Source of the DNA: Gemmatimonas sp.
GTDB taxonomy: Bacteria > Gemmatimonadota > Gemmatimonadetes > Gemmatimonadales > Gemmatimonadaceae
Direction: 5' to 3'
DNA length: 64,000 bases
Assembly (NCBI GenBank): GCA_965279375.1
Contig: OZ257156.1
Location: 32,001 to 96,000 of the forward strand
Made by a program: the position numbers and the translations under genes
Shown: positions 19,617 to 30,100 of the stretch, one piece after another
How positions within the stretch are numbered: position 1 is the first letter of the stretch
Layout: every line of letters begins with the position of its first letter
Notes under the pieces: generated by a model
Database searches by the model: none
What the model was told of the DNA's origin: nothing
The model's input: only the letters and a program-made list of their open reading frames with translations

Positions 19617-19868
19617 GTGATGCCTTGGTTGAGCCTCGTCGCGACGCTGTCGGTGCGCGCCCTCGTGAATCCGTTCCTTGCGATCGATCTGCTGCGCGTC
19701 GCATGGCGATTTCGTCATCGGCGTTGGATGACGCGATTCCCGTTTCTGCCGCTGCCCGCGATCTCGTACGTGAAGTGGCGCATGTACACCGCGTACGGTG
19801 CGGAAGATGCTGTGCCGCCTGCCGACGATGTGATCGCGTTTGCACGCTGGGTTGGACGACAGCCGTAG
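19617..19868 (+). CDS. Small hypothetical protein
   Basis: Fills the gap before queG; protein-like PFLPLP...YVKWRMYTAYG. Confidence 0.6.
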   Translation: MMPWLSLVATLSVRALVNPFLAIDLLRVAWRFRHRRWMTRFPFLPLPAISYVKWRMYTAYGAEDAVPPADDVIAFARWVGRQP

Positions 19869-19872
19869 CGCG

Positions 19873-20913
19873 ATGCGCGCGCTGACGGAGCGGCTCAAGG
19901 CGCAGGCGTACGGATTGGGCTTCGATCTGGCTGGCGTGACCACGCTTGGCGCCCCGGCCACCGTCGCCAAGTTCGATGCGTGGCTGGATGCGGGGCATCA
20001 CGCGGAGATGGCCTATCTGAGTGGCGACGGCGCCGAGCTACGGCGTGATGCACGACGGCCGCATGTTGGCGCGACGCACGCGCTCGTGGTTGCGATGAAC
20101 TACGGAGGCCGCGAGCCGAGCGGCCCGGTCGCGCGCTACGCCCGCGGCGACGACTACCACGAGGTGCTGCGTGCGAAGCTGCGCGAACTGCATGCGTGGC
20201 TCGAACGGGAGACCGGTCAGACTATCGACGCGCGCCCATACGTGGACTCGGGGCCAGTGCTGGAGCGGGATCTGGCGCAGCGCGCAGGGCTCGGTTGGTT
20301 TGGCAAGAACACGATGCTGATCAACCCGAAGCGAGGCTCGTTTTTCTTTCTGGCGTCGTTGTTCGTGAACATCGCGCTGGAGCCCGACGAGCCGTTCGCT
20401 GCGGATCGCTGTGGTACCTGCACGCGATGCCTCGACGCGTGCCCCACACAGGCGTTTGACGGACCGCGCGTGCTCGATGCGGCCAAGTGCATCAGCTATC
20501 TCACGATTGAACTGCGCGGGGCGATTCCGGAGCAGTTTCGCGAGGCGATAGGTGGGATGGTGTACGGGTGCGACGTGTGTCAGGACGTGTGTCCGTGGAA
20601 CGTGTCGTTTGCGAGGGAGCTCGATGTCGACGAATTCCGTCCGCGCGAACTGTTCGTTGGAAACGACTCGCGCGACGGGACGCGTGCATTCGCGCGCGAG
20701 ATCCTGATGATGGAGCCGGCAGACTACGCGACGGCGTTTCGAGGCAGTGCGATCAAGCGCGCAAAGCTGTGGATGCTCCAGCGTAACGCGTGCGTTGTAC
20801 TGGGCAATGTGGGGACGGCGGACGATGCGGCGGTGCTGGAGGCGATGCTGACAGACGAGCATGCGACAACGCGCGATCATGCGGCGTGGGCGCTCGACAT
20901 GATTCGTCGATGA
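19873..20913 (+). CDS. queG: tRNA epoxyqueuosine reductase
   Basis: ARYARGDDYH, VDSGPVLER, AGLGWFGKN, CGTCTRCLDACPT, CISYLTIE, GCDVCQDVCPWN. Confidence 0.95.
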   Translation: MRALTERLKAQAYGLGFDLAGVTTLGAPATVAKFDAWLDAGHHAEMAYLSGDGAELRRDARRPHVGATHALVVAMNYGGREPSGPVARYARGDDYHEVLRAKLRELHAWLERETGQTIDARPYVDSGPVLERDLAQRAGLGWFGKNTMLINPKRGSFFFLASLFVNIALEPDEPFAADRCGTCTRCLDACPTQAFDGPRVLDAAKCISYLTIELRGAIPEQFREAIGGMVYGCDVCQDVCPWNVSFARELDVDEFRPRELFVGNDSRDGTRAFAREILMMEPADYATAFRGSAIKRAKLWMLQRNACVVLGNVGTADDAAVLEAMLTDEHATTRDHAAWALDMIRR

Positions 20914-21116
20914 CCGTAGCGGCCACACCTGAGCGGCCACACCTGCCGCGTGGCAGCGCGCGCATACCATGCACTCCCCTCGCGTCGATGGCCGACCACG
21001 GCTCGCGGCGACCCACTCGAACCGTGTGGCGTCCATTTCGCGTCACCGAGATGAAACCGGGCGCAGTGCGCACTTACTCTGGGTGCATCACCAACCCCGA
21101 ACCGGAGCGCCTCACC

Positions 21117-21623
21117 ATGTCCAATGCTATGAATCTCCAGCGCCGTCGCCCTGCGAAGCTCGCCGCGAGGCTCTCGGTACTCTCCGCTGCCGCGCTGGTC
21201 GCCGCCCTGTTGGCGTCCGCGACGGCTAGCGCGCAGTCCACGCGGCCAACGACCGCGACGCCCCCCGTGCAGACCGCCGCAACTGCCACCACACTCGGAG
21301 GCGGCCCTGACCTGCAGGGGCTCTGGGACTTCGCGATGCGCGTGGGCGAACGGCCTTCCACCGGCTTCTTCGCGCTCGGCCCGATCGAACGGGGATGGGC
21401 TGGCTCGCTCACGCCATACCTGACGAACACGCTGGCGATCCGCCTGCTCACAGTGGATGGGGACTCGGTCAAGATGGTCGTTGCCTCGCGGGAGGGCGAT
21501 GTGCGATTTCAGGGGCGGTTGACCGACAATGGGCGCACGATGGAAGGCATCGTGGAGTACCACGGCGGCGTCCGCGTTCCGATGACGGCCACGCACCGCG
21601 CGCAACCCGTCGCGCCGCGCTGA
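21117..21623 (+). CDS. Secreted hypothetical protein
   Basis: Signal peptide ending ASA-Q, Thr-rich linker, small beta-rich domain (LQGLWDF...); GGAG upstream. Confidence 0.7.
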   Translation: MSNAMNLQRRRPAKLAARLSVLSAAALVAALLASATASAQSTRPTTATPPVQTAATATTLGGGPDLQGLWDFAMRVGERPSTGFFALGPIERGWAGSLTPYLTNTLAIRLLTVDGDSVKMVVASREGDVRFQGRLTDNGRTMEGIVEYHGGVRVPMTATHRAQPVAPR

Positions 21624-21693
21624 GTCCAGTCGCGCGAGTGGCGTGGCGGTACCTGCCCTTGATCGCGCCGAGTCCACACCCCGATACTGCAAC

Positions 21694-22854
21694 GTGAACA
21701 CACGCGCGCACGAGATCGAGGAGGTCGGCTCTCCGGAGTCCGTCATGGAGCGGCGCATCGTGCCGGTGGGGGCCGTCGTGCTGACGACGTTCTTCGCCCT
21801 CCTCTACGCGCTGCGCGGCAGCATCGCGTCCATCGACCGTGGCGAGGACCCGCGCTGGGCCGAGCAAGTTGGCCGATCCCTCGCCATGTGGTGGACGTGC
21901 CTGCCGTTTCTGCCGCCACTCGCGGCCATCGTCCGTCGTTTTCCAGTTGGGCGCCCGCGCCCGTGGCGAAACGCGGGCATCCTGCTGTTCGGCATCGTCG
22001 CGGCCGCCTGGCTCAGGCACATCGTGATGACCCCCGTCGTGGCGGCGATCAGCGGCGTCCCCGACGTGGACGCGAGCGCTGCCGCGCGGACGCTCACCTA
22101 CTTCACGGTCTTTCTCGTGATGGTCGCGCTCCTGCACGCGGCCCACTACTATCGCGCGGAACGTGCCCGTGCGGTGCGCGAAGCCGGGCTCGCCCGCGGG
22201 CTGGCCGAAGCGCGTCTTGCGGCGCTGCGCACGCAGCTGCAGCCGCACTTCGTCTTCAACGTGCTCAACGCGGTCACGACCTTGGTGCACACCGATCCGA
22301 TGGCGGCTGACCGCATGCTCACCCGCTTCGCCGCGCTCCTGCGCGTGATCCTGTACGAGGGGACGGAGGAGCACGCGCTCGAGCGCGAACTCGAGCTGCT
22401 GGCGCGATACGTCGAGCTGATGCAACTGCGTTTCGGTGACCGCATTGTCGTGGAATGGGCCGTGGCCGATGCGCCGCTCGGCGCACGCGTCCCCTTTCTT
22501 GTGCTACAGCCGCTGGTCGAGAACGCCTACGAGCACGGGCTTGGCGGAAGGGAGACGGGCGGACGCGTGCTGATCGGCGCGGCACGAGCGGGCGACAACC
22601 TACACCTCGTCGTCGAGGACGATGGAGCGGGTCTCGACGTGGACGCGGAATCGATCACCGGTGGTGGGAAGGCGGCCAAGCGCACTGGCATCGGCCTGCG
22701 CAACACGCGCGATCGGCTTGCACAGCTTTACGGCGCACGCGCCTCGCTCGTGCTGGAGCGACCGCGCAGCGGCGGCACGCGTGCGCTGGTGACGCTGCCG
22801 CTCACCGACGATACGCACGGCGATGCGCACTCGAACGAGGGGCCACGTTTATGA
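21694..22854 (+). CDS. LytS/YehU-type sensor histidine kinase
   Basis: Four TM helices, LRTQLQPHFVFNVLN, LQPLVENAYEHG, DDGAG, GIGLRN; start uncertain. Confidence 0.9.
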   Translation: MNTRAHEIEEVGSPESVMERRIVPVGAVVLTTFFALLYALRGSIASIDRGEDPRWAEQVGRSLAMWWTCLPFLPPLAAIVRRFPVGRPRPWRNAGILLFGIVAAAWLRHIVMTPVVAAISGVPDVDASAAARTLTYFTVFLVMVALLHAAHYYRAERARAVREAGLARGLAEARLAALRTQLQPHFVFNVLNAVTTLVHTDPMAADRMLTRFAALLRVILYEGTEEHALERELELLARYVELMQLRFGDRIVVEWAVADAPLGARVPFLVLQPLVENAYEHGLGGRETGGRVLIGAARAGDNLHLVVEDDGAGLDVDAESITGGGKAAKRTGIGLRNTRDRLAQLYGARASLVLERPRSGGTRALVTLPLTDDTHGDAHSNEGPRL

Positions 22855-23768
22855 ACGGACCGCCGAACCTTCGCAGTGAGGCGCTCGCCTCCGACGCGAA
22901 GCACTCGTGGAAGGTGCTGATTGCCGATGACGAACCCCTCGCGCGCGCCCGTCTGCGCGCGCTGCTCGCGCGACACCCCGAGTTCGAGCTCACGGCGGAA
23001 TGCGGGAGCGGTGCGGCGGTGCTGGCCGCGCTCCGCAACGGACCTGCCGACGTGCTGCTCCTCGACATCCGCATGCCCGGCCTCGACGGCGTCGCGACGG
23101 TCGAAGCGCTCGCCCAGGAGGCGCCGTGGTCGCTGGAGCGTCCTCCGTGCGTTGTCTTCGTCACCGCGAGCGAGGAGCACGCGATCCGGGCTTTCGATCT
23201 CGATGCGGTCGACTACCTCGTCAAACCGGTCGACATCGACCGTTTCGACCGGGCGATGCGGCGGCTGCTCGGGACCCTCGGGTCGCCGTCCCCAGCTCCC
23301 GACGCAGGAGCCATTGCGGCGGCCGATGCTGCGCTCCGGGTCGCACTTCAGGCCCTCCGTGGCGACACCCCCGCGCCGGCGAGCGACACCGCTGATGGCT
23401 CCCTGGCCCACGCAAGAATTGGGGCCGAGTCGGAGGGAGGGTATGCGAAGCGATTCGTGGTCCGCGACGCCCAAGGGATGTACTTCGTGGCTGTCGCGGA
23501 CGTCGACCGTGTAGAGGCGGACGGCAACTACGTTGCACTCGTCGCTGGGGGACGACACCACCTCGTGCGAGAGTCGCTGAATCTCATCGCATCGCGGCTC
23601 GACCCGGCGGAGTTCGTGCGGGTGCATCGGTCGCATCTGGTGCGGATCGACCGGATTCGCCGGCTGGAACCATGCGGCCACGGCGAGTACGACCTGACGC
23701 TGGTTGACGGCACCCGACTCACCTCGAGCCGGAGCTATCGGGAGCAGATGCGGCGACTGCTTCGGTGA
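22851..23768 (+). CDS. LytTR family response regulator
   Basis: IADDEPLAR, LDIRMPGLDG, FVTA, DYLVKP; C-terminal EADGNYV...FVRVHRS..SRSYR. Confidence 0.93.
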   Translation: MNGPPNLRSEALASDAKHSWKVLIADDEPLARARLRALLARHPEFELTAECGSGAAVLAALRNGPADVLLLDIRMPGLDGVATVEALAQEAPWSLERPPCVVFVTASEEHAIRAFDLDAVDYLVKPVDIDRFDRAMRRLLGTLGSPSPAPDAGAIAAADAALRVALQALRGDTPAPASDTADGSLAHARIGAESEGGYAKRFVVRDAQGMYFVAVADVDRVEADGNYVALVAGGRHHLVRESLNLIASRLDPAEFVRVHRSHLVRIDRIRRLEPCGHGEYDLTLVDGTRLTSSRSYREQMRRLLR

Positions 23769-23910
23769 CACCAGCGGCGCTCGGGTCCCGCCAGCACGCG
23801 TGAGACACGTTGCGCGAGGTCGCGACTGCGTCTCGGCCACGCACAGGATTCACAGATGCAAACAGTAACGACGGGTTAAATCCTTCAGTAGCGCGCGAAA
23901 GCCTCAACGC

Positions 23911-24408
23911 TCAGCACGGGACGCCGCCGCGCACCCCTGTGATGCTGACGAAGAGCGAATCACCCGTTCGCTCGATACCCGCGCGACGGATCGGCACCGC
24001 CACCCGCGAGCCGCATCGAGCCGGCGCACCGACCGCGCTGTTGCGGCCGCCGGCCACGATACCCACGGTGTACGCCGTCTCCGATTCAACGGGGCCCAAC
24101 GTCAACTGTGCGTGTGCAATCGTGTCGGTCGTCGCGCCGAGGAGCAGCACGGAGACGGGGAGCGTCGCCCCGCTGTCCAGCGGCATTTCACCCGACACGA
24201 GAAACGGGTGATATGGCACCAACTCCGCACCACGCAGACTCCGCAGCTGATTCCCTGAGCCGACGGACACTCTCAGCGGCTCCGCGTCAGTGAACGCGGA
24301 ATCCTGCGCGTAATACGACACTTTGAGCGAGGACGGTGCCTGCGTCGGCTCCTTGGTGCAGCCGACGCAGGCAACGACGAGACCGATCAGAACGAGCGCA
24401 CGATTCAT
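23911..24408 (-). CDS. Putative lipoprotein
   Basis: MNRALVLIGLVVACVG-C lipobox-like signal. Confidence 0.6.
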   Translation of the reverse strand: MNRALVLIGLVVACVGCTKEPTQAPSSLKVSYYAQDSAFTDAEPLRVSVGSGNQLRSLRGAELVPYHPFLVSGEMPLDSGATLPVSVLLLGATTDTIAHAQLTLGPVESETAYTVGIVAGGRNSAVGAPARCGSRVAVPIRRAGIERTGDSLFVSITGVRGGVPC

Positions 24409-24487
24409 GCGAGGGGCACACGAGAGAGACAGTCAACAGACCGCGCGTCCAACCACCCGCGCCTGTCGGAAGCTATCGCGTGCGCGC

Positions 24488-25399
24488 CTAGCGTGTACGG
24501 CACCCCACATTCAGCGCGGCGATCACTGGCAGGTGATCGGAGGGGAAGCGCTGATCCCAGCGATCGGTGAGAATGGCGTGCTTGAGTACTTCGACACCTG
24601 GTGAGACGAACACGTAGTCGATACGGGTGTCGCCGATCTCCTTGAAGCTGTTGAAGGATCCGGACGGTCCGTAGTTCCCTTCGCGACTCGACACATACCC
24701 GTCGATGAGCGGAGCGGTGCCGCCAGCGACGGCACCAGTGGTCAGTGTCTTGTACGCCGCCGATGTGGGAGCGGAGTTGAGGTCTCCCGTCACGATCAGC
24801 GGCAGAGTACCGGCGATGCTGTCGAGTCGCCGCCGGATGAGCTTCGCACTCTCCTGTCGCGCAACTTCTCCCACGTGGTCGAAGTGCGTGTTCAGATGCA
24901 CGTACGTGCAGCCCGACGCCCGGTCGCGGAACCGTCCCCACGTCGCGATGCGCTCCAGTGCCGCATCCCACGACTTCACACCGACCGCCTCGGGATTCGT
25001 GGAAAGCCAGAACGTCTTGTTCTCCAGCATCTCCACGCGGCTTCGCTTGTAGAGAATGGCGCTGAACTCTCCGGCGTTTTTTCCATCCGTGCGTCCCACG
25101 CCAACACGCGAGTACTCCGGCAACAGTGTGTCGAGATCGGCGAGCATGCCGGAGAGCGCTTCCTGCACGCCAACGACGTCGGCGTCATGAAAGCGAATCA
25201 GCTTCGCCACCCACGCCTTGCGATTCGGCCACGCATTGATGCCGTCGCCGGGGTTGTTGTAGCGGATGTTGAACGTCATCACACGGAGCGGTGCTCCGGC
25301 GGACGTGCCCGGTGAGGTGGCCGAAGCCACCCCACCGGTGTTCGTGGACGCGCACGCAGCCAATGCGAACGCGAGAAACGGAAGCAGCATCCTTCGCAT
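24488..25399 (-). CDS. Endonuclease/exonuclease/phosphatase family lipoprotein
   Basis: LAAC lipobox, VMTFNIRY, GVQE, NTHFDH, TGDLN, RIDYVF, PSDHLPV. Confidence 0.92.
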   Translation of the reverse strand: MRRMLLPFLAFALAACASTNTGGVASATSPGTSAGAPLRVMTFNIRYNNPGDGINAWPNRKAWVAKLIRFHDADVVGVQEALSGMLADLDTLLPEYSRVGVGRTDGKNAGEFSAILYKRSRVEMLENKTFWLSTNPEAVGVKSWDAALERIATWGRFRDRASGCTYVHLNTHFDHVGEVARQESAKLIRRRLDSIAGTLPLIVTGDLNSAPTSAAYKTLTTGAVAGGTAPLIDGYVSSREGNYGPSGSFNSFKEIGDTRIDYVFVSPGVEVLKHAILTDRWDQRFPSDHLPVIAALNVGCRTR

Positions 25400-25404
25400 G
25401 AAAC

Positions 25405-27186
25405 TCACCATCCGGGGTTCTGGCCGAGCTTCGGATTGACGACCAGGTCCGACGCGGCGATGGGTCGAAGATACATGCGATCGTTCCAGGCGCGCACGAT
25501 GTTGATCTGCCACTGCAGCAAGCCGGACGTCCCGTTCTGCAACGAGCGCTGGCTGCTGTTCCCGGTCGTGATGTTGTGGTACACGACGCCCGCAACTGTC
25601 GGCGATGGCACCGTCCCCGTGTGAAAGTACACGTCCTGAATGCCGTCTTCGTTGAGGTCGTAGTATCGGTTCGCCGTGACGTTCATGCCACGCCACGGAC
25701 GGGCCAGCAGCTCGCCACGCTTCCAGCGCATGAGGTCATCCCAGCGCAGTCCTTCGAGCGCCAGTTCGACGCCACGCTCGCGGCGAATCTCCAGAACGCT
25801 CGGATCCACAACGCCCGGAAAGTACACGCTCTGGAGGTACGGATCTGCACGGTTCGGGCGTGACGACAGACCACCCGTGATCCCCGCGCGAGCGCGCAGC
25901 GCGCCGACGGTCCGCTGCCAATCCCCATCCGTCAGTGTCCCCAGTTCCGCCTTGGCCTCGGCGAGGTTCAGGAGCACTTCCGCATAGCGGATGATCGGAA
26001 TGTCGTTGGTGTTGTTGGCACCGGCATCGAGACCGATGTCATCGATCGTCCACTTGATCGGCTGGTAGCCAGTGAGCGTGACCGTGAAGGCGGGCGGCGA
26101 CGCCACCAGCGCGCCGGCGTTGAGTCGCTTGAAGTCGCCCATGCGAATAGTCTGCTGCAGGCGCGGATCACGGTTCTTCGTTTCTGCCATGAAGGCCAGC
26201 GTATCGTATCCGGGGCGGTCGGTGAACGGCGTCCCGTCGGCCATCAGGTACGTGTTGATGAAATCGCGCGTGAAGCTCGCACCCACACCGAACGTGCCGG
26301 AGGTGTAGCGCCAGTTGGCCTCGTGCCGCACGGCGAGGTTCACGTCCATCACGTACATGAGCATCGCCTCGTTGATCGGCGGTGCCTCGCTGCTGAACAT
26401 CGAACGGTACGATCCCAGCGTGCCGGGCGATGTATTCAGACTGTGGCGTCCGCCATCGATCACCTGCTGCGCAGCTGTTGCCGCTTCGGTGAGCCACACG
26501 TTCGCGGTGCCACCGAGCCCGTTGGCGAGACCGGACGCGTGATACTTGCGGAACGTTCCTTCGAAGAGCGCGATGCGTGACTTGAACGCACGCGCGACGT
26601 CCTTCGTGACTTCTGTGCGCGACGCACTGGTGACCGTGCGGATGTTGGCGATGGCGAAGTTCAGATCGTCGAGCACATGGCCCATCACCACATCGCGCGA
26701 GTCACGTCCGGCGAACAGCATCGCGGTGTCGGTGATGGCAATCGGCCGATCGATCCACGGCACCGCGCCGTACGTCTTCACCTTGTCGTAGTAGAACATG
26801 GCGCGGGCCAACCGCGCGAGCCCCATGTAATGATTCCGCGTCGCTTCAGGGACAGCGGGGTCGACGTTGCTCTCGATGAAGTAGTTGATGTTGCGCAGGG
26901 CGGTCCAGGACCATCCACCCTGATTGTTCGGCGTGAACGTCGGCAGCAGGTAGCTGCTCGCTCCACGCACGGCGAGGTAATCGGACACATCGTCGCCAAT
27001 GTAGACGGCGTTCACCGATGGCCAGGTATTCGTGAAGGAGTTCGTGTAGAGCTGGAGGCCAGCCTCGCTGCTGAACACGGACTTCTGGTTGGTCGCCGAG
27101 ACGGGCGACTGTTCCAGATCGCACGCCGCGGCCAGAAGGCACAGGCCGCCGATGGCCGCGAGTCGGATCGTAGTATATGAGGTCAT
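25405..27186 (-). CDS. RagB/SusD family outer-membrane nutrient-binding lipoprotein
   Basis: LAAAC lipobox, ARAMFYYDKVKTYGAVPW, NRDPRL, IRYAEVLLNLAEA, IRRERGVELALEGLRWDDLMRW, C-terminal QNPGW. Confidence 0.92.
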   Translation of the reverse strand: MTSYTTIRLAAIGGLCLLAAACDLEQSPVSATNQKSVFSSEAGLQLYTNSFTNTWPSVNAVYIGDDVSDYLAVRGASSYLLPTFTPNNQGGWSWTALRNINYFIESNVDPAVPEATRNHYMGLARLARAMFYYDKVKTYGAVPWIDRPIAITDTAMLFAGRDSRDVVMGHVLDDLNFAIANIRTVTSASRTEVTKDVARAFKSRIALFEGTFRKYHASGLANGLGGTANVWLTEAATAAQQVIDGGRHSLNTSPGTLGSYRSMFSSEAPPINEAMLMYVMDVNLAVRHEANWRYTSGTFGVGASFTRDFINTYLMADGTPFTDRPGYDTLAFMAETKNRDPRLQQTIRMGDFKRLNAGALVASPPAFTVTLTGYQPIKWTIDDIGLDAGANNTNDIPIIRYAEVLLNLAEAKAELGTLTDGDWQRTVGALRARAGITGGLSSRPNRADPYLQSVYFPGVVDPSVLEIRRERGVELALEGLRWDDLMRWKRGELLARPWRGMNVTANRYYDLNEDGIQDVYFHTGTVPSPTVAGVVYHNITTGNSSQRSLQNGTSGLLQWQINIVRAWNDRMYLRPIAASDLVVNPKLGQNPGW

Positions 27187-27191
27187 GGCGA

Positions 27192-30100
27192 TCAGAAGGT
27201 CAGAGAGACGCCGGTGACGAACGTGCGCATCATCGGATAGTTCAGGCCATCGCCGCTGCCGCCGCCCGTGAGAACGCGGTCGGAACCTTGGCTGATGTTC
27301 TCCACGTCGATGTTCTTCACGATCTTGTAGAGCGGCGAGTACGTCCACAGGTTCTCGCCCGAGAGGTAGACCTTCGCGCGACGCGCACCAACGCGCGTCA
27401 GCCAACTCTTCGGCAGATCATAGCCGACCTGCAGATTCTTGAGCCTGATGTACGCGACGTTCATCAGGTACTTCGTCTGCGGGCGCGACATCTGGCGCTC
27501 GCCACTCTGCGCCGCATAGCCGTTCAAGCGCGGGAAGAACGCATTCGGATTCGGGTTGGCCGGGTCATAGATGACGCCCGGAGCCATGTGCCACGACGGG
27601 ATGTTGTTGTACGGGCGATTGTACTGCCCCCAGAAGTAGTCGGCCTCGGGATTCGCGTGCCAACTCTGCTTGCCGACGCCCTGGAAGAAGGATCCGATGC
27701 TGATGCTGCGCCAAGCGCCGTTCAGGTTGATGCCGTAGCTGTAGCGCGGTGTCGTGTTGCCGATGACCGAGAGGTCACCTGAATTGGCCTGCGTCTGCGT
27801 GCCGACGTCGATCTTGCCGTCACCATTGATGTCCCGGAACTTCAGGTCACCCGGCAGCCACACTCGGGAGTTGCGCGACTGGATGAAGCTCTGATTGGCG
27901 TGGCTGAGAATGTCCGCCGAGTCGCGAAAGAAACCCTCGGTCGTGTAGCCCCAGATCTCGCCGACCTTCTGGCCAACGCGATAGTCGCTGAGCAGGCCGT
28001 TGGGATTGTTGTACTTGAGGATTTCCGATGAGTTGTCGGAGAGTGCAACGCGGATGCCGTACGTCGCGCGACTGCCCGCAAGACGGAAGCCGTCCTGCCA
28101 GCCGGCAGAAATCTCCCAACCGTTGGTCTTCAAGTCGGCGTAGTTGCCTCGCGGCGCCGACGCTCCGAACACGGCCGGCGGCGTGATCGCCGTCGTGAAC
28201 ATGTCGGTCGTCTTCCGCGTGTAGACGTCGGCACTGAAGTTGAGACGATTGTCGAGCATATCGGCGTCGAGTCCGAAGTTCGTCGTCGTCGCCGTCTCCC
28301 AGGTCAATCCATTCGGCAACACGGCAGGCGCGCTCGTCTGCTGCGGCCGCGTGCCATTCACGATCACGCCGGACTGCCCGATGTTGAACGTCTGCTGGAA
28401 CTGATACGCGCCGCCGTTACCGTTGCCCATCGAGCCGTGCGACACGCTGAGTCGGAGGTCGTTGACCAATCCACGCGACACCTTCCAGAACGGCTCCTGC
28501 GAAATGCGCCATGACGCGGACGCCGACGGGAAGAACGCGTAGCGCTGGTCCACGGGGAACTTCGACGAGCCATCATAGCGGCCCGTGAACTCAAGCAGAT
28601 AGCGGTCCGCGTACGAGTAGTTCATGCGCGTGAAGCCGCCGAGGATGTTCCACTTCTCGTAGCCACCGCCAATCAGGGTCGCCGTACCCAACGCAAGATT
28701 GAGGTCCTTGGCGTCCGGGAAGATGAGCCCGTTGCGCTCCGCGCTCACCTGCTTCGACGTCCGCTCTTCGTAGTTCACGCCGCCCATCACGCGCAGGGAA
28801 TTCCGGCCACCGAAGGTCGTGTTGTACTCGCCGTAGGAATTCGTCGCGACGTAGTCGGCCGTGGCGTGCGTTTCGTTCAGCGTGTTGGTGGCCGCGCCAA
28901 CGTACTCGATCACTCCAGGACGGCGGCTGTACGGCACCGGGACGCGGCGACGCATCTGATCGTTCGTCGTGCGCTGGAATGTGAAATCGCTCGTAAACTT
29001 GAGCCGATCATCGAAGAACTTCGTAGCCGCTTCGACATTGGTGCGGTACACATCGACATCGAAGTCAATGCCGTTCTTTCCGTAGGCAAAATCGCCAACC
29101 GTATACGCAGCGGACTGCGTCAGCGTGCCGTCCGGATTGTACAGCGCCGAAAGGACATGCCCTTCGTCCTGCAGATTGCGCCAGATCGCGCCGCCTTCGC
29201 CCACGTTCTCCGGATTGTGATACGTGCGATTGGAGTACATGAAGCCGCTGCGCACATTCAGCCAATCTGCCGCGCGGATGGTGCCGTCGGCGCGCAAATT
29301 CTTCTGCGCGAAGTTGTCGGAGTTGTAGCGGAACATGCCATCCTGTCCCAGCGTCCGACCCGAGATCATGAACTGTGCGTTCTCGGTGCCACGCGAGATG
29401 GAGAGGTTGTGCTCCATCGTCATCGCGCTTGGCCGGTATAGGTAGTCGTACCAGTTGGTGCTGTTGAAGTACTGATAGGCACCGTCAGAGCCCACGATGG
29501 TTTCCGGAGCGCGATTGGCTTGCGAGCGAACACGCAACGAATCCAGATAGGCCGCCGAGAACACCAGGGTCTTGTTCACGTTCTGTGGCGCGAAGCCCTG
29601 CCAGCTCTGAAAGGCTTGATCGAACGTACGCGCGAACGTGTAACCGTCCGTGACCATCGACGTCTTCTCCACGGGAGCGCGGCTTCCGTAGGTGACGCCA
29701 TAGTTGATCTGGAACTGGTCCTTCTGCGGGCGCTTGGTCGTGATGAGCATGACGCCGAATGCGCCGCGGGCACCGTACACGGCGGCGGCGGAAGCGTCTT
29801 TCAGCACCGTGACGGATGCGACATCATCGGGATTGATCATCGACGGATCACCTTCCACACCATCAATGAGCACCAGCGCACTACCACCGGTCCCAATCGA
29901 CGTCGTTCCGCGGATGTTGATGGAGGGCGCTTGAATCGGCTTGCCGTCCTGCGGCCGAATGTTGACGCCGGGAAGCATGCCCTGCAGCCCCAGTGTCAGG
30001 TTCGGGACAGGCCGTTCCGCCAACTGCTCGGCGTTCACCTGTTCCACCGCACCCATCACGTTCCGACGATCCGCCGTTCCATAGCCAATTGCCACCACTT

